Shown piece by piece: positions 11,900 through 25,064 of a DNA stretch of 64,000 bases (position 1 is the stretch's first letter; every line of letters begins with the position of its first letter). Both the position numbers and the translations under genes were made by a program. The stretch comes from Mobula hypostoma. Lineage: Eukaryota. The stretch lies in NCBI RefSeq assembly GCF_963921235.1, contig NC_086126.1, positions 17,732,001-17,796,000 on the forward strand, written 5' to 3'. The notes under the pieces were generated by a model, which was given only the letters and a program-made list of their open reading frames with translations, ran no database searches and was not told the DNA's origin.

Positions 11900-13200
11900 A
11901 CAAATACATCAAGACATATCAGTGCTCCCAAGGGTGCTGCCATTTACTGTGGAGTTTCCTCCAACATTGGACCTGTAAACTCCTCACACTTGTCCAGATT
12001 AAACTCTGTCCCCCATTTCTTCATCCATGATTCCAATTGATCTACATCCAGTTCTGTCTGTTTGACAACCTTCTTCACCACCCACAACTGCACCAATATT
12101 CACGTCATCAGTGATCTGATCAACCATGTGTGTTTTAATCTGATCAAACAGAGGTCTCATTACTGATCACTGTGCACACACGGGTTACAAATCTACAGTC
12201 AAAATCATTCTCAATTCCATCAGCTCGAATGTTGCTACATGCTACACACCATTCAAACCCTCCCACACAGAGACTCGAGGAAAGTGACACATTCATCACA
12301 AGACCAGAGTTGGATTCAATGGTCTGGGCTTGTTACTCTGGATGCTCTGCTCCAAAGTCCATTCAGATCAGTACAATGTAACCAGATACATCATCACTGA
12401 GATACCGATTTACAGCATTTTGTCACAAACAAGAGAAAATCTGCAGATGCTGGAAATCCAAGCAACACACACAAAAGAACTGAGCAGGCCAGGTAGCACC
12501 CGTAGAACCAAAAAATACAGTCAATGTTTCGGTCCAAAACCCTTCGGCAAGGCTGGAGATGAAAAGACAAGGAGTAGATTTAAAACGTGGGGGTAGGGAT
12601 GAGAGAAAACAAGGTGATGGGTGAATCCTGAAAGGGGAGGAATGAAGTAAAGAGCTGGAAAGTTGATTGGTGAAAGAGAGAGAAGACCATGGAAGAAAGA
12701 GGGGAGGAGCACAAGAGGGAGGTGATGGGTGGGCAAGATGAGAGAAGAAAAGGGGATGGGAATTGGTGAGGGGGGGGGGGAGCATTACCAGAAGTTTGAA
12801 AATTTAATGTTCATGCTATCAGTTTGGAAGTTACCCAGACAGAAAATGTTGTTCTTCCAAGCTAAGTGTAGCCTCTTCGCATTGTATGATTTTATTTAAA
12901 AAGCAAACTTAATTTAGTCAAAGAGTTCAATTGTAAGAATGAGTCTGAAAGAACGTTATAAATTTACACTGCGTGAAAGATTGGAAGATACATTGCGAAG
13001 TCCAACTCTCACACTGTACCAGAGACTGACAGGTACAGAATGAACCCCACACACTCACACTGTACCAGAGACTGACAGGTAGAGAATGAAGCCCACACTC
13101 TCTTACTGTACCAGAGACGGATGGGTACAGAATGATCCCCACACTCTCACACTGTACCAGAGACCGGCGGGTACAGAATGAACCCCACACTCTCACACTG
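11900..13200 (+). repeat. Segment duplicated in inverted orientation at 62040-62878
   Basis: 12000-12225 is the reverse complement of 62556-62780; shares the adjacent minisatellite. Confidence 0.9.
12423..12878 (-). mobile_element. PLE 3' end fragment with degenerate hammerhead (12518-12556)
   Basis: Reverse complement of the PLE terminus; absent from the paralogous segment near 62380. Confidence 0.8.
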
Positions 13201-14049
13201 TACCAGAGACCGGCGGGTACAGAATGATCCCCACATTCTCACACTGTACCAGAGACCGGCGGGTACAGAATGATCCCCACATTCTCACACTGTACCAGAG
13301 ACCGGCGGGTACAGAATGATCCCCACACTCTCACACTGTACCAGAGACTGACGGGTACAGAATGAACCCCACACTCTCACACTGTACCAGAGACGGACGG
13401 GTACAGAATGAACCCCACACTCTCACACTGTACCAGAGACTGACGGGTACAGAATGAACCCCACACTCTCACACTGTACCAGAGACTGACGGGTACAGAA
13501 TGAACCCCACACTCTCACACTGTACCAGAGACGGACGGGTACAGAATGATCCCCACACTCTCACACTGTACCAGAGACCGGCGGGTACAGAATGAACCCC
13601 ACACTCTCACACTGTACCAGAGACCGGCGGGTACAGAATGATCCCCACATTCTCACACTGTACCAGAGACCGGCGGGTACAGAATGATCCCCACACTCTC
13701 ACACTGTACCAGAGACTGACGGGTACAGAATGAACCCCACACTCTCACACTGTACCAGAGACGGACGGGTACAGAATGAACCCCACACTCTCACACTGTA
13801 CCAGAGACTGACGGGTACAGAATGAACCCCACACTCTCACACTGTATCAGAGACGGACGGGTACAGAATGATCCCCACACTCTCACACTGTACCAGAGAC
13901 TGACGGGTACAGAATGATCCCCACACTCTCACACTGTACCAGAGACTGACAGGTACAGAATGATCCCCACACTCTCACACTGTGCCAGAGACGGACGGGT
14001 ACAGAATGAACCCCACACTCTCACACTGTACAGAGACTGACGGGTACAG
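13005..14049 (+). repeat. 46-bp minisatellite, about 23 copies
   Basis: Unit actctcacactgtaccagagactgacgggtacagaatgaaccccac with a few variant positions. Confidence 0.97.
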
Positions 14050-14554
14050 ACATTCTGTTGTTTAACAAACCTGGACAACCCTCATCATCATCTCAGTACA
14101 GCATCACTTTGACCACTTTACACTGCAATGGACTCTTGTTCAAATTCTGTTACACCTTTGTAATTCTGTAGAGTATGTTTTTATTTCGTGATTGGTGTGT
14201 CTCTGAAACTGTGTGTCTATTAATCTGCTGCAAGCAAGTTGCAAATGACAATAAACGACTTTCAACCTCACACAGAAATGGGTCTCATGATGACAATTGG
14301 ACCTTCGATCTCCTGCTGCCCTGTTTCATTACATAAATGTTTTACATTATCGAGTGTGTGTTTTTCTCATTCCTTCTGCTTTTCTAGCAGACACAATGAG
14401 CCGAATGCCGAATACTGCTCCTGTGCCTTATGCTCCATTTTGTATGTTAGATTTCCTTCCTGCGGAATTAACCGGCAGCGGCAACTCACCGGATCAGCGC
14501 CAGTTCCCAGTCCGCCGTTTTACCCAAGCGAACCGGGGCAGTCGAGAGAGAGTT

Positions 14555-14689
14555 CTGATTGGTTGTGCGTGTGCCTTCAGAGAGCCAATCAAATGACTTT
14601 ACTGTATGAATAGAATCTTCAAATAGCCATTGGGAATCCAAGGCATCCCATCCCTCATTAGCATACTGTTCCGGGCGCTGCCTATTTAA
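14555..14689 (+). promoter_or_regulatory. H2B promoter
   Basis: CCAAT boxes, ATTAGCAT 14657-14664, tatttaa 14683-14689. Confidence 0.75.
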
Positions 14690-14741
14690 TTCCTGCTCCG
14701 ACTCAGTTCTCCTTCTTCAGGGTCCGAAACCGACGGAAGAA

Positions 14742-15116
14742 ATGCCTGAGCCAGCGAAATCCGCTCCGAAGAAGGGCACCAAGAAAGTTTTGTCCAAACC
14801 AGCGGGCAAGGCAGGGAAGAAGCGCAAGAGGCTGAGGAGGGAGAGTTACTCCATCTACATCTACAAAGTGATGAAGCAGGTTCACCCCGATACTGGCATC
14901 TCCTCCAAGGCCATGAGCATCATGAACTCGTTCGTCAACGATATCTTCGAGCGAATCGGGGGCGAGGCTTCCCGCCTGGCCCACTACAACAAGCGGTCAA
15001 CCATCACCTCACGGGAGATCCAGACCGCCGTGCGCCTGCTGCTGCCCGGGGAGCTGGCCAAGCACGCCGTGTCCGAAGGGACAAAGGCGGTGACCAAGTA
15101 CACCAGCTCCAAATGA
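14742..15116 (+). CDS. H2B: Histone H2B (variant residues)
   Basis: Full H2B, 124 aa. Confidence 0.98.
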   Translation: MPEPAKSAPKKGTKKVLSKPAGKAGKKRKRLRRESYSIYIYKVMKQVHPDTGISSKAMSIMNSFVNDIFERIGGEASRLAHYNKRSTITSREIQTAVRLLLPGELAKHAVSEGTKAVTKYTSSK

Positions 15117-15147
15117 AGCACCCCAGTGAGATGATCGAAAACACAAC

Positions 15148-15187
15148 GGCTCTTTTAAGAGCCACTCACAATTTCACTGAGAGGGTT
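15148..15187 (+). terminator. Histone stem-loop plus HDE
   Basis: ggctcttttaagagcc 15148-15163; purine-rich gagagggtt. Confidence 0.93.
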
Positions 15188-15729
15188 GTACTAAAATTTA
15201 GACACTAAATTGCACACATTTTAGGTCTGGTGTCTTTTACAAGAGCTAAGGTAGGGTTGGAGTATCCGGTTCATCTCCGTATAATCCCGGTGCTTTACAT
15301 TCCTCCCACTGCACTGACACGGACTTGTTACCTTCACATCCTCATCAGTCCGCCCCTGCCGGTATCCATGTCGAGCGGAGGATTGCTGCCGTTGCTGTTT
15401 TAGCTGCGGGTTCAGGAGTTTATTAGTTACAGTTGGGTAACTTGTCTGAATATTATTTCAATGCGAGGCCTGAACGAGTTCATGATTGTTTCATAGAACA
15501 TTTTTAAATTGCAGATTAGCCGCTGGTCACAGTTTGAGAAGAGCCGTTTGTCCATAACCTGATAACGTTTACACAATGACCGGCACCGGGCAGAAGCTGA
15601 GATTCAGTTTTACTCGGTTCCGTTACGGGTTGAAAGAAATTAGAGAATTGAGTTCCCAGACATTTCAATATCAACTACACTTGCAGTAAATGTGCCCGGT
15701 TTCAGTAACAGGGAAGTACGAACACTCAA

Positions 15730-15832
15730 ACAACAGGAATTCTGCAGATGCTGGAAATTCAAGCAACACACATCAAAATTGCTGGTGAACGCAGCGGGCC
15801 AAGCAGCATCTATAGGAAGAGACGCAGTCGAC
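15730..15832 (-). mobile_element. 103-bp PLE 3'-terminal insert
   Basis: Perfect 14-bp TSD gtacgaacactcaa (15716-15729 and 15833-15846); begins at gtcgactg of the hammerhead. Confidence 0.88.
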
Positions 15833-15902
15833 GTACGAACACTCAATCGTCAAACAGATCAGCAATTATTTAATTTCTGATTAAATTTGAACAAGAGATT
15901 TA

Positions 15903-16546
<644 letters not shown>

Positions 16547-16576
16547 AGCGACGTAAGCTGAACCTATTTACCCAAA

Positions 16577-16617
16577 GGCTCTTTTCAGAGCCACTCACAG
16601 TGTCTGTGGAAGGGCTG
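16577..16617 (+). terminator. Histone stem-loop plus HDE
   Basis: ggctcttttcagagcc 16577-16592; gaagggctg. Confidence 0.95.
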
Positions 16618-17169
16618 AGCAGAGGGTGATTTCCGTTCAGAGTAACTGGGCTCTGTATCTGTCACAGTCACGATAGTTCAATGTCCGTCACGTTTCTTCC
16701 GCGAAGTAAACCGATATATATATATCTGCACAGAAATCGGTCCGCTTCAGTCCTGACTCATTTCCCCCTCTCTGCCGGCTCAATGGGGCTCTCTCCCCTT
16801 GCGGAGAGTCAGCGGGTTCACTCGGCCCAGTGTCGTGAAATGGATTTCCAGAGTCAGCCCCCGGACAGAGAATTTAATCTCCGATCATTGAACGATCCGC
16901 TCTTCATGACCTAAATCCAGGTTGTCTGGGTGTCCCATTGCGGGTTGACCCTGGTCCGTTCCGGTGTGCAGCAGACGGGAACACCGCCTGCTGATCGCTT
17001 CATGAGCAATTCCCACCGCCTCACAGAACAATAATATTTGCTGCTTTACATTTATCTACAAAAGTACATTTACCCTGTGGAACTGACAGTATTTACTGGA
17101 AATCTCGTCCACCCAGGTCTCTGAAATATAAATGAATATTTTGTGAGAGAGTTTGGTCAGATCTCCCGA

Positions 17170-17270
17170 GAGGCTCACTCCGTCAGGCGGTGGGTCGCTC
17201 TGAGAACAGACTTTGGTTTGTGCCAGGGAGGGGGTGGGTGGGTGGATCGAGGTCTCCAGCACCGAAGGAC
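17170..17270 (-). pseudogene. Relic of an H4 gene 3' end (decayed stem-loop)
   Basis: aggcggtgggtcgctctgagaacagactttggtttgtgccagggagg aligns to the H4 3' flank 30471-30520. Confidence 0.65.
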
Positions 17271-17514
17271 CCGTCACTTGTCGAGTCTGATTTCCCACAA
17301 AGAGGTTCAGTGTTGCCCTGTCTCTGGTAGGAACTTCGAAATACTGATTGAGAAGAATCTCCTGGGCACATTGAATAAATTCTCATCCACCAAACCCTTG
17401 GCATTACGGCTGTCCCAGTCAGCATGAGAGAAGTTGAAATGTCCCTCTATTACAACCTTGTTGACTCCTGATATTTGATGGCCAATAATACAATCCCATC
17501 AAAACATCCTGGAA

Positions 17515-19310
17515 CAGCACAGCACAGTACAGGCCTTTCAGCCCTCGATGTTGTGCCGACCCATAGATTCCTTTAAAAGAAAGTACTAAACACACACTAC
17601 TCCGTAACCCTCTGTATTTCTTTCATCCATGTGCCTGTCCAAGAGGCTCTTAAATTACCCCTAATGTTTTAGCCTCCACCACCATCCCTGGCAAGTCATT
17701 CCAGGCACCCACAACCCTCTGTGTAAAAAAACTTACCCCTGATGTCTGCCCTAAACTTCCCTCCCTTGACTTTGTCCTTATGCCCTCTGGTGTTTGCTGT
17801 CCCTTCCTTACTTCAATATTATTGGGACAATCTCCAAGTACCACTGAGATATTCTCCCTGATCAAGCACATCTCTTCCTCCTCTTCCCTCCACTCCATCA
17901 TACCTGTAGCATTTGTACTGTGAAATGCCACAGGTATTTGTAGCATTTGTTGCCCCTCGCACAACCATTTATCGTTCGGGATATAATACCCCAGCCTCGT
18001 GCATGAATCCATGCCCGGGGTCATCTGCTGTTCATAAACACAGGACAGTACAGGGGTGGCCCTTTGGCCCATCTCTACTTATTCCTGTGCCTGTCTGAGA
18101 TTTCCTTAAATACTCCTGTGTCCTCTGCCTCTGCCACCACCCCTGACAGTGCATTCAAAACCTCCACTACTCTGTTTTCTTCACTTCCCTCCTCTGACAT
18201 TAAATACATGTCTACTGGTAGAAGGCAATTCACTCCTGTGAAAAGTATTGCTAGCTATCTACACCAACAATGACCTGCAAAATTCTATAAATTTCTATCA
18301 ACTCTCTCCTGAGCCGATGCCACTACAGGAAAAAAGCTCCAGCATGTACAGCCTCTCCTCAGCGCACACCACCTCCAGACCAGACATCCCGGTAAACCAC
18401 CTCTGCACCTGCTCCACAACCTCCACACGCTTCCAATAATGAGGTGACCAGAACTGAGCACTGTACTCTCAATGTGGCCTCACCAGCTTTTAGAAACCTG
18501 TAACATAATGTCCTGGTGCTTGAACTCAATGCCTTGCCTGAGGAAGGCAAACATGCCATACACGACTTCACCTCCCTGTCAACCTGTGCTCGCAGTTTCA
18601 GTGAGACTGTATGCTTGGACCCCAACATCCTTCTCTTTGTCAATACTGTCAATGTTCCTGCCATATCAGCAACCGTTCGATATCCTGCTGTATCGTTTGG
18701 AACTCTTCTGTGCAATGACCAGTTCCACCAGTTTGTGTGTCATCTGCAAACTTACTCACCTACACAACCATATTTTTTATCCACATCATTTATATCACGA
18801 GTAACCGAGGTCCCAGTACAAACGTCTCTGGTTGATGACTCATCACAGACCTCCACCCAGAACAGGACCCATGCACCACTAACCACTCCCTTCCATGGGA
18901 AAGACAATCAGCCACATCACTGTGGACCCATCCTAAATTCCAACCCATCTATCGATTTACCCAGAACGATCACCCTGGCTGACAGCCCTCACCCGGTAAG
19001 CTTCAGAGCCAGTCTCAGTGACAGGACATCCCCCAGCAGTAGCAAAAAGAGGTTCAGTGTTGCTGAGGGGAATGGCCACAGGAGCTTGCTGTACTGAGGG
19101 CCTGTTCCCGTTACCTCTCCTCGCAGTCACTCAGCTACCTGCTGCCTGTACGTCAGGAGAGACCACCTCACTGAAACTCCAATCTGTAATACATTCAGTG
19201 CCCTGTCTGGTCCTCAGTATGTCCACCTTCAGCTCCACTTCCTTCATACAGTCAGTGAGGAGCTGGATCTGGGTGCACATCCCACGGTGTAGTCCTCAGG
19301 GACACTGAGA
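17515..19310 (-). mobile_element. Several degenerate CR1 fragments
   Basis: Minus-strand FFTQRVVGAWNDLP, RT C-terminus and ORF1-like pieces. Confidence 0.7.
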
Positions 19311-19829
19311 GTCTCCTTTGTGTCACAAGGCCCACAGGGTGAACACAGAAGTGCCCCAGCTGATTACTCCACTGTCCTCAGTCTGAGAGTAAAGCAGGAA
19401 AGCACAACTTCTCAGATCTTAACAGTCTGTCTTCTCAGCCTCCTCTCCCTGAAGCCTCTCAAGCAAATGTTTCAACTCCCCAGCGTTACATTAAATCTTG
19501 CCTCATCATTGTGGGCCAAGGGATCTGTCCTGTACTTTCTATGTTCTTCTACCTATGTACTAAATTTTAGACGACAGTGTTATGGGGAAAGGCTTTTCAC
19601 TGTCTGTCCTAACAACACCCCTCACAATCTGGCACACCCTCTCATATTCTGCTCCTTTCTGAGGAAAGGAAACTCAAACCATCCAATCTCACATCATTGA
19701 TTGGAAGGGGACACTATCAGGGATGACAGCAGAATAGCAGTGGCTTAGATTTCTGGGGGCAAGTTGGATGGTGCAGGATAGATAGTTCCCTTGTAGAAGT
19801 AGTCGTATTCTACAGTCCGGATAATGCAG

Positions 19830-21580
19830 ATTTGACAATGGAAATCTTTATCCAACATATAAGCCAAAGACAAAATTGCAGCTAAAATTATTGGGAAGTT
19901 AGAGAATTGGGAGCTTTTTAAAACCAACAAAGTCAACTGAAAAGCCATAACGAGGGGTAAAAGATGGAATATGAAGGTCAGCTAGCCAATAGTAGTAAAG
20001 AGGATACCAAACATTTACTCAGATATATGAAGAGCAAAATGGAATTGAGAGTAGATATCAGAGCGCAGAAAGCTGATGCTGGAGAGGTAGTAACATGGTA
20101 CAGGGAAATGACAGACAACCTGAGTAAGTATTTTGCATTATTCTTCACTGTGGATGACAAAAGCAGTATGCTGGAAGTTCAAAGGAGTCAGAGGGCAGAA
20201 CTGAGAGAAGTAGCCATTACTAGAAGGTGTTTGTGAACCTGAAAGATCTGAAGGTAGATAAATCACTGGGACCAGATTGTCTACAACAGTGCTATGAAAG
20301 TGCTGCTTGAAGAGATTGTGGAGGCATTTGAAATGATTCTCCAAGAATCACTGGATCCTGGCATGGTTCCAGAGGACAGGAAAATTGCAAATATCACTCC
20401 ACTCTTAAAGAAGGGAGGGAAGCAGATGCTAGAAAATCACAGGCCAGTTAGTCTCACCTCAGTGGCTGCAGAGATGTTGGAGTCGATTGTCAAGGACGTG
20501 TTTTTGGGGTACTTTAAGGCACATGATAAGATAAGCCGTAGTCAGCATGGTTTTCTTGAGAGAAAATCTTGGCTGCCAAATGTGTTGAAATTCTTTGAAG
20601 AAATAACAAGCAGGATAGAGAATGGAGAATCAGTGGATGGGTGGGTGTTGTTTACTTGGATTTGCAGTAGACATTTGACAAGGTGCTACACATGAGGCTG
20701 CTTAACAAGTGAAGAGCTCATGATGTTACAGGAAAGATGCAGGCTGATTTCCAGGAGTCAGAGTGGTAATAAAATGAGCCTTTGCTGGTTGGCTGCAGTG
20801 TTCTACAGGGATCATTTTTAGGACAGCTTCTTTTTACGCTATATGTCAATAATAATTTGAATAGCGAAATTGATGGCTTTGTGGCCAAGTTTTTGGACAT
20901 TACGAAAATAGGTGGAGGGGCAAATAGTGCTGAGGAAGCAGAGAGGCTACAGAAGGTCTTAGACAGATTACGAGAATGGATAATTAATGTCAGATGGGAT
21001 ACAGTGTCGCGAGGACTAGAATAGAAGAACCAGTGATGTCATGTTGAGGCTTTATAAGGCTCTGGTAAGGACTCACTTGGAGTATTGTGAGCAGTTCTGA
21101 GTCCCTTATCTAAGAAAGGGTGTGAAGGTTCAGAGGACATTCACAAGAATGACTCTGGCATTGAAAGGGTTATCATATGAAGACCATTTGATTGCTCTGG
21201 GTCTGTACTCACCAGAATTCAGATGAATGAGAGGGAATCTCATTGAAACCTCTCAAATGTAGAAAGGCCGTGGTCGAGTGGATATGGAGATGACGTTTCC
21301 AATGGATGGGGAGTCCAGGATCAGAGGCCATGGCCTCAGAATAGAGGGACTTTAAACAGAGATGAGGAGGAATTTCCTTAGCCAGAGAGTGGAATTTGTT
21401 GCCAGAGGCTAATGTCGAGGCTGTCATTGAGTATATTTAAGGCAGAGGTTGATAGTTTCTTGATTAGTCAGGGCATAAAGGATTTGGGGCAGGTCAGGAG
21501 ATTAGGATTGACAGGGAAATGGATGAAATGACAGAGCAGTCTCAATGGGCCAAATAGACTAATTCTGCTCCTGTATTTTA
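19830..21580 (+). mobile_element. Degenerate CR1 LINE (RT to 3' end)
   Basis: IANITPLLKKG, HRPVSLTSV, SQHGFL, QGS.LG.LLF.LYVN, KF.DITKIGG. Confidence 0.85.
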
Positions 21581-22039
21581 CGGTCACACAATGGAAAGGC
21601 AACATCCTGGTAAGTCTGCTCTACACTGTCAGGGAGGTTCATTCCTGCTCCCTGGGGTTGACAGGGGGATGGGGACCAGAGCAACAGCTCACAGATTACA
21701 GTGCAATCATGTTCGTCCAACAGTGTGTTCACCAGAACAGCGCCCAGTATGCAGCGGTGTGGGAAAATAAATATTATCAAGCCGGTGCCTGACATCTCTT
21801 TGTTAATCTACTATCTCTTTATTTTCTGCCATTAACTCTCGCACCATCTCCTAGACTCACGGTGCTTTACCAATGAAGCTAAAATTCTCAGCAATAAATT
21901 GATTCATATTAAACATCTCGGCATTAGTTTTCACATCTGTCTAGTTTTATACTGTACCTCGCTCATTTCCATTTTCCACATCTTTATTGTTTTCGTTTAC
22001 AAGAGGTTCATTTTCCCTCCAGTTACAGGTTTGACAGCA

Positions 22040-22590
22040 AAATCCCTCCGTGCACAGTGACGTCACTGCCGCGCCTCTGATTGACAGCTACATCGCTCCT
22101 CCCCCCGGGCTGCGGCCGCCATGTCACGTGACAGGACAGCATCTTGCGGAAAGACGTCTCAGAGCCAGAGTGCAGTCTTGGAAAAGTGCCCAGGGTCGGG
22201 GAGGGCCCTGGACCCGGGGTCGAGTTGAGGTTTCCCCCGCTGATCGGCCCTTTTCCATGAAGAGTACATTGACCCATTTGCAGCTTTACCAGCGGCTCCT
22301 CTGATTGACAGCTCACTCTGCCCGCCTCCTGGGCCGCTGCAAATGGGAGGTGAGGCTTCCTCCCCCCGGCGGGGCGGCAGCGACTGAACTGAAGGGTCGG
22401 TCTGAACTCGCTGCCCTGTGGAAGAATGGGAGGTGATGGAATGGGCCACAGAGGTGATGAGACGAGCTGCTCCTTGTTCTCTGCCATTGCCATGTGGATG
22501 TGGGAGCGGACTGGTGGACCTGACTGCGCCTCCACTGTGAACATCGGCTTCTTCTCTTCCTGCCTGCCGACCGGTAACAGTGAGTGTCCG
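22040..22590. promoter_or_regulatory. GC-rich orphan promoter-like island
   Basis: TGACGTCA 22058-22065, TGATTGACAG at 22078 and 22302, gccgccatg, GTCACGTGAC 22123-22132, GC boxes. Confidence 0.6.
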
Positions 22591-22749
22591 TCTGAGTTTC
22601 AACACACAACACACGTGGGACAGTCCAGCACAGGGAAAGGCCCTTCAGCCCACAGTGTCTGCACTGACCACATCTGATCCCATCTGGCTGAACCTGTCCA
22701 TATCCCTCCAGTCCCTGCCTGTTCGTGCCTGACCAAACAACTCTTAAAC

Positions 22750-22897
22750 TTTACTAGTTACCACCTGCCACCACACCAGCTTCCGTGTCCAGCACATAAT
22801 TCTCTGAAACTTCTGCTATCTCCAACAGGATCCCACCACCAAACACATCTCTTTGCTTTCCGCAGGGATTGCACCCTACACAACTACCTTGTCCATT
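22750..22897 (+). mobile_element. Older PLE fragment, left part (continues 25065-25430)
   Basis: Homologous to 24185-24340; split by the younger PLE. Confidence 0.75.
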
Positions 22898-25064
22898 GTC
22901 TTTGTCGCCGAGACATCAACGGTCTCAACTTCACCACTCCTCTCTCCTGTTCCAACCTCACTCCCTCCGAACACACTGCCCTCCACTCTCTCCGCACTAA
23001 TCCCAACCTCACCATCAAACCTGCTGACAAAGGTGGTGCCGTAGTAGTCTGGCGGACGGACCTCTACCTTACTGAGGCAAAACGTCAGCTCTCTGACACC
23101 TCCTCTTACTTACCACTGGAACAGGACCCCATCAAAAAACATCAAACCATTGTCTCCTGCACCATCACTGCCCTTATCAACTCAGGAGGCCTTCCATCCT
23201 CAGCCGCTAAACTCATTATTCCCACACCCCGTAGCACTCGGTTTTACCTCCTCCCAAAGATACACAAGCCTGATTGCCTGCTCCTGTCCCACTGAACTTG
23301 TATCTTTCTAACTGGACTCCATTTGGTCACCCATAGTTCAGTCCCTCCCCACCTACATCTGGGATACATCCCATGCCCTCCACCTCTTCAATAACTTCCA
23401 ATTCCCCGGTCCCAGCCCATACATTTTTACTATGGATGTCCAATCCTTATACACCTCCATTGCCCATCAAGAAGTCCTCAAAGCCCTCCGCTACTTCCTG
23501 GATAACAGACCTCACCAGTTCCCCACCACCACTACCCTCCTCCAGTTGGCGGAACTGGTTCTCACACTCAATAACTTCTGTTTTGGCTCTTCCCACTTTC
23601 TTCAGACTAAAGGTGTAGCTATGGGAACTCGCATGGGACCCAGCTACGCCTGTCTGTTCGTTGGTTATGTGGAACAGTCTGTGCTCCAAACCTATTCTGG
23701 TACTGCTTCCCAACTTTTCCTTTGGTACATTGACAACTACATTGGTGCTGCTTCCTGCACCCATGCTGAGCTCGTCAATTTCATCGACTTTACCTCAAAC
23801 TTCCACCCAACCCTCAATTTCTCTTACTCTATCTCGGACTTCTCTTCCCTTTCTCGATGTCTCGGTCTCCATCTCTGGAGACAGACTATCCACTGACATC
23901 TTCTACATGCCCACTGACTCTCATAACTACCTCGACTATACCTCTTCCCACCCCACCACATGCAAAAATGGCACTCCCTATTCCCAGTTCCTCCGTCTCC
24001 GCCGCATCTGCTCCGAGGATGAGGCTTTCCGTTCCAGGACATCTCAAATGTCATCTTTCTTTAAGGATCATGTTTTCCCTTCTACCGTCATCAATGATGC
24101 ACTCACCCACATCTCCTCCATTTCCCACACTTCGGCCCTCACCCCATCCTCCCGCAACCACAACAGGGACAGAGTTCCCCTTATCCTCACCTACCACCCC
24201 ACCAGCCTCCGGATCCAGCACAATATCCTCCGCAACTTCCGCCACCTTCAACAGGACTCCACCACTAAGCACATCTTTCCCTCTCCACCCCTCTCCACTT
24301 TCCGCAGGGATCGGTCCCTCCACGACTCACTTATCCACACGTCCATCCCCACGGATCTCCCACCCAGCACTTATCCCTGTAAGTGTAAGGGCTACACCTG
24401 TCCCTACACCTCCGCTCTTGCAACCATTCAGGGCCCCAAACAGTCCTTCCAGGTGAGACAACACGTCACTTGTGAGTCTGTTGGGGTCATCTATTGCATA
24501 AAGTGCTCCCGGTGCGGCCTCCTCTACATCGGTGAAACCCGACGCAGATTGGGGGACCACTTCATCGAGCACCTCCACTCCATCCGCCATAACAGACAGG
24601 ATCTCCCGGTAGCCACCCACTTCACCTCTGCTTCCCACTCCCATTCAGATATGTCCATACATGGTCTCCTCTACTGCCATGATGAGGCTAAACTCAGGTT
24701 GGAGGAGCAACATCTCATATACCGTCTATGTAGTCTCCAGCCCCTTGGTATGAACATAGAATTCTCCAACTTCCAGTAATTCCCTCCCCCTCCCTCCCTC
24801 TATCCCTCAGCTCCCTCATTGTTCTGCCTCCTTGTCCTATTACCCATTGTTTTCAGGGCTATGACGTCAATGCTTCCCCTCCCCCACCCCTTTTTCTTTC
24901 AAATTACTGGTCTATCAATTGACGCTACAAGCATTCTTCAAATCCTTCTCCATCTCTCATTCTACAGTCCTGACGATGGGTTCCGGCCCGAAACATCCAC
25001 TCATCGTTTCTGACTGATGCTGCCCAACCTGCTGAGTTCATCCAGCGTACTGAAAGTGTTACTT
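22898..25064 (+). mobile_element. Penelope-like element (Neptune-like): RT plus GIY-YIG endonuclease, 5'-truncated, frameshifted
   Basis: KPADKGGAVVV, FYLLPKIHKP, MDVQSLYTSI, GVAMGTRMGPSYA, WYID, LPFLDV, Cys-rich linker, VIYCIKCSRCGLLYIGET, LQPLGMN; ORF ends 24779; 14-bp TSD ctaccttgtccatt. Confidence 0.93.
24965..25002 (+). ncRNA. Minimal hammerhead ribozyme motif in the PLE 3' repeat
   Basis: cagtc-CTGACGA-tgggttccggccc-GAAAC-ATC-cactc; core intact, stems I and III partly decayed. Confidence 0.7.

Noticed and set aside
13005-14049. Possible CRISPR-like array
   Set aside because: Contiguous 46-bp units with no unique spacers, in a eukaryotic context with no cas genes
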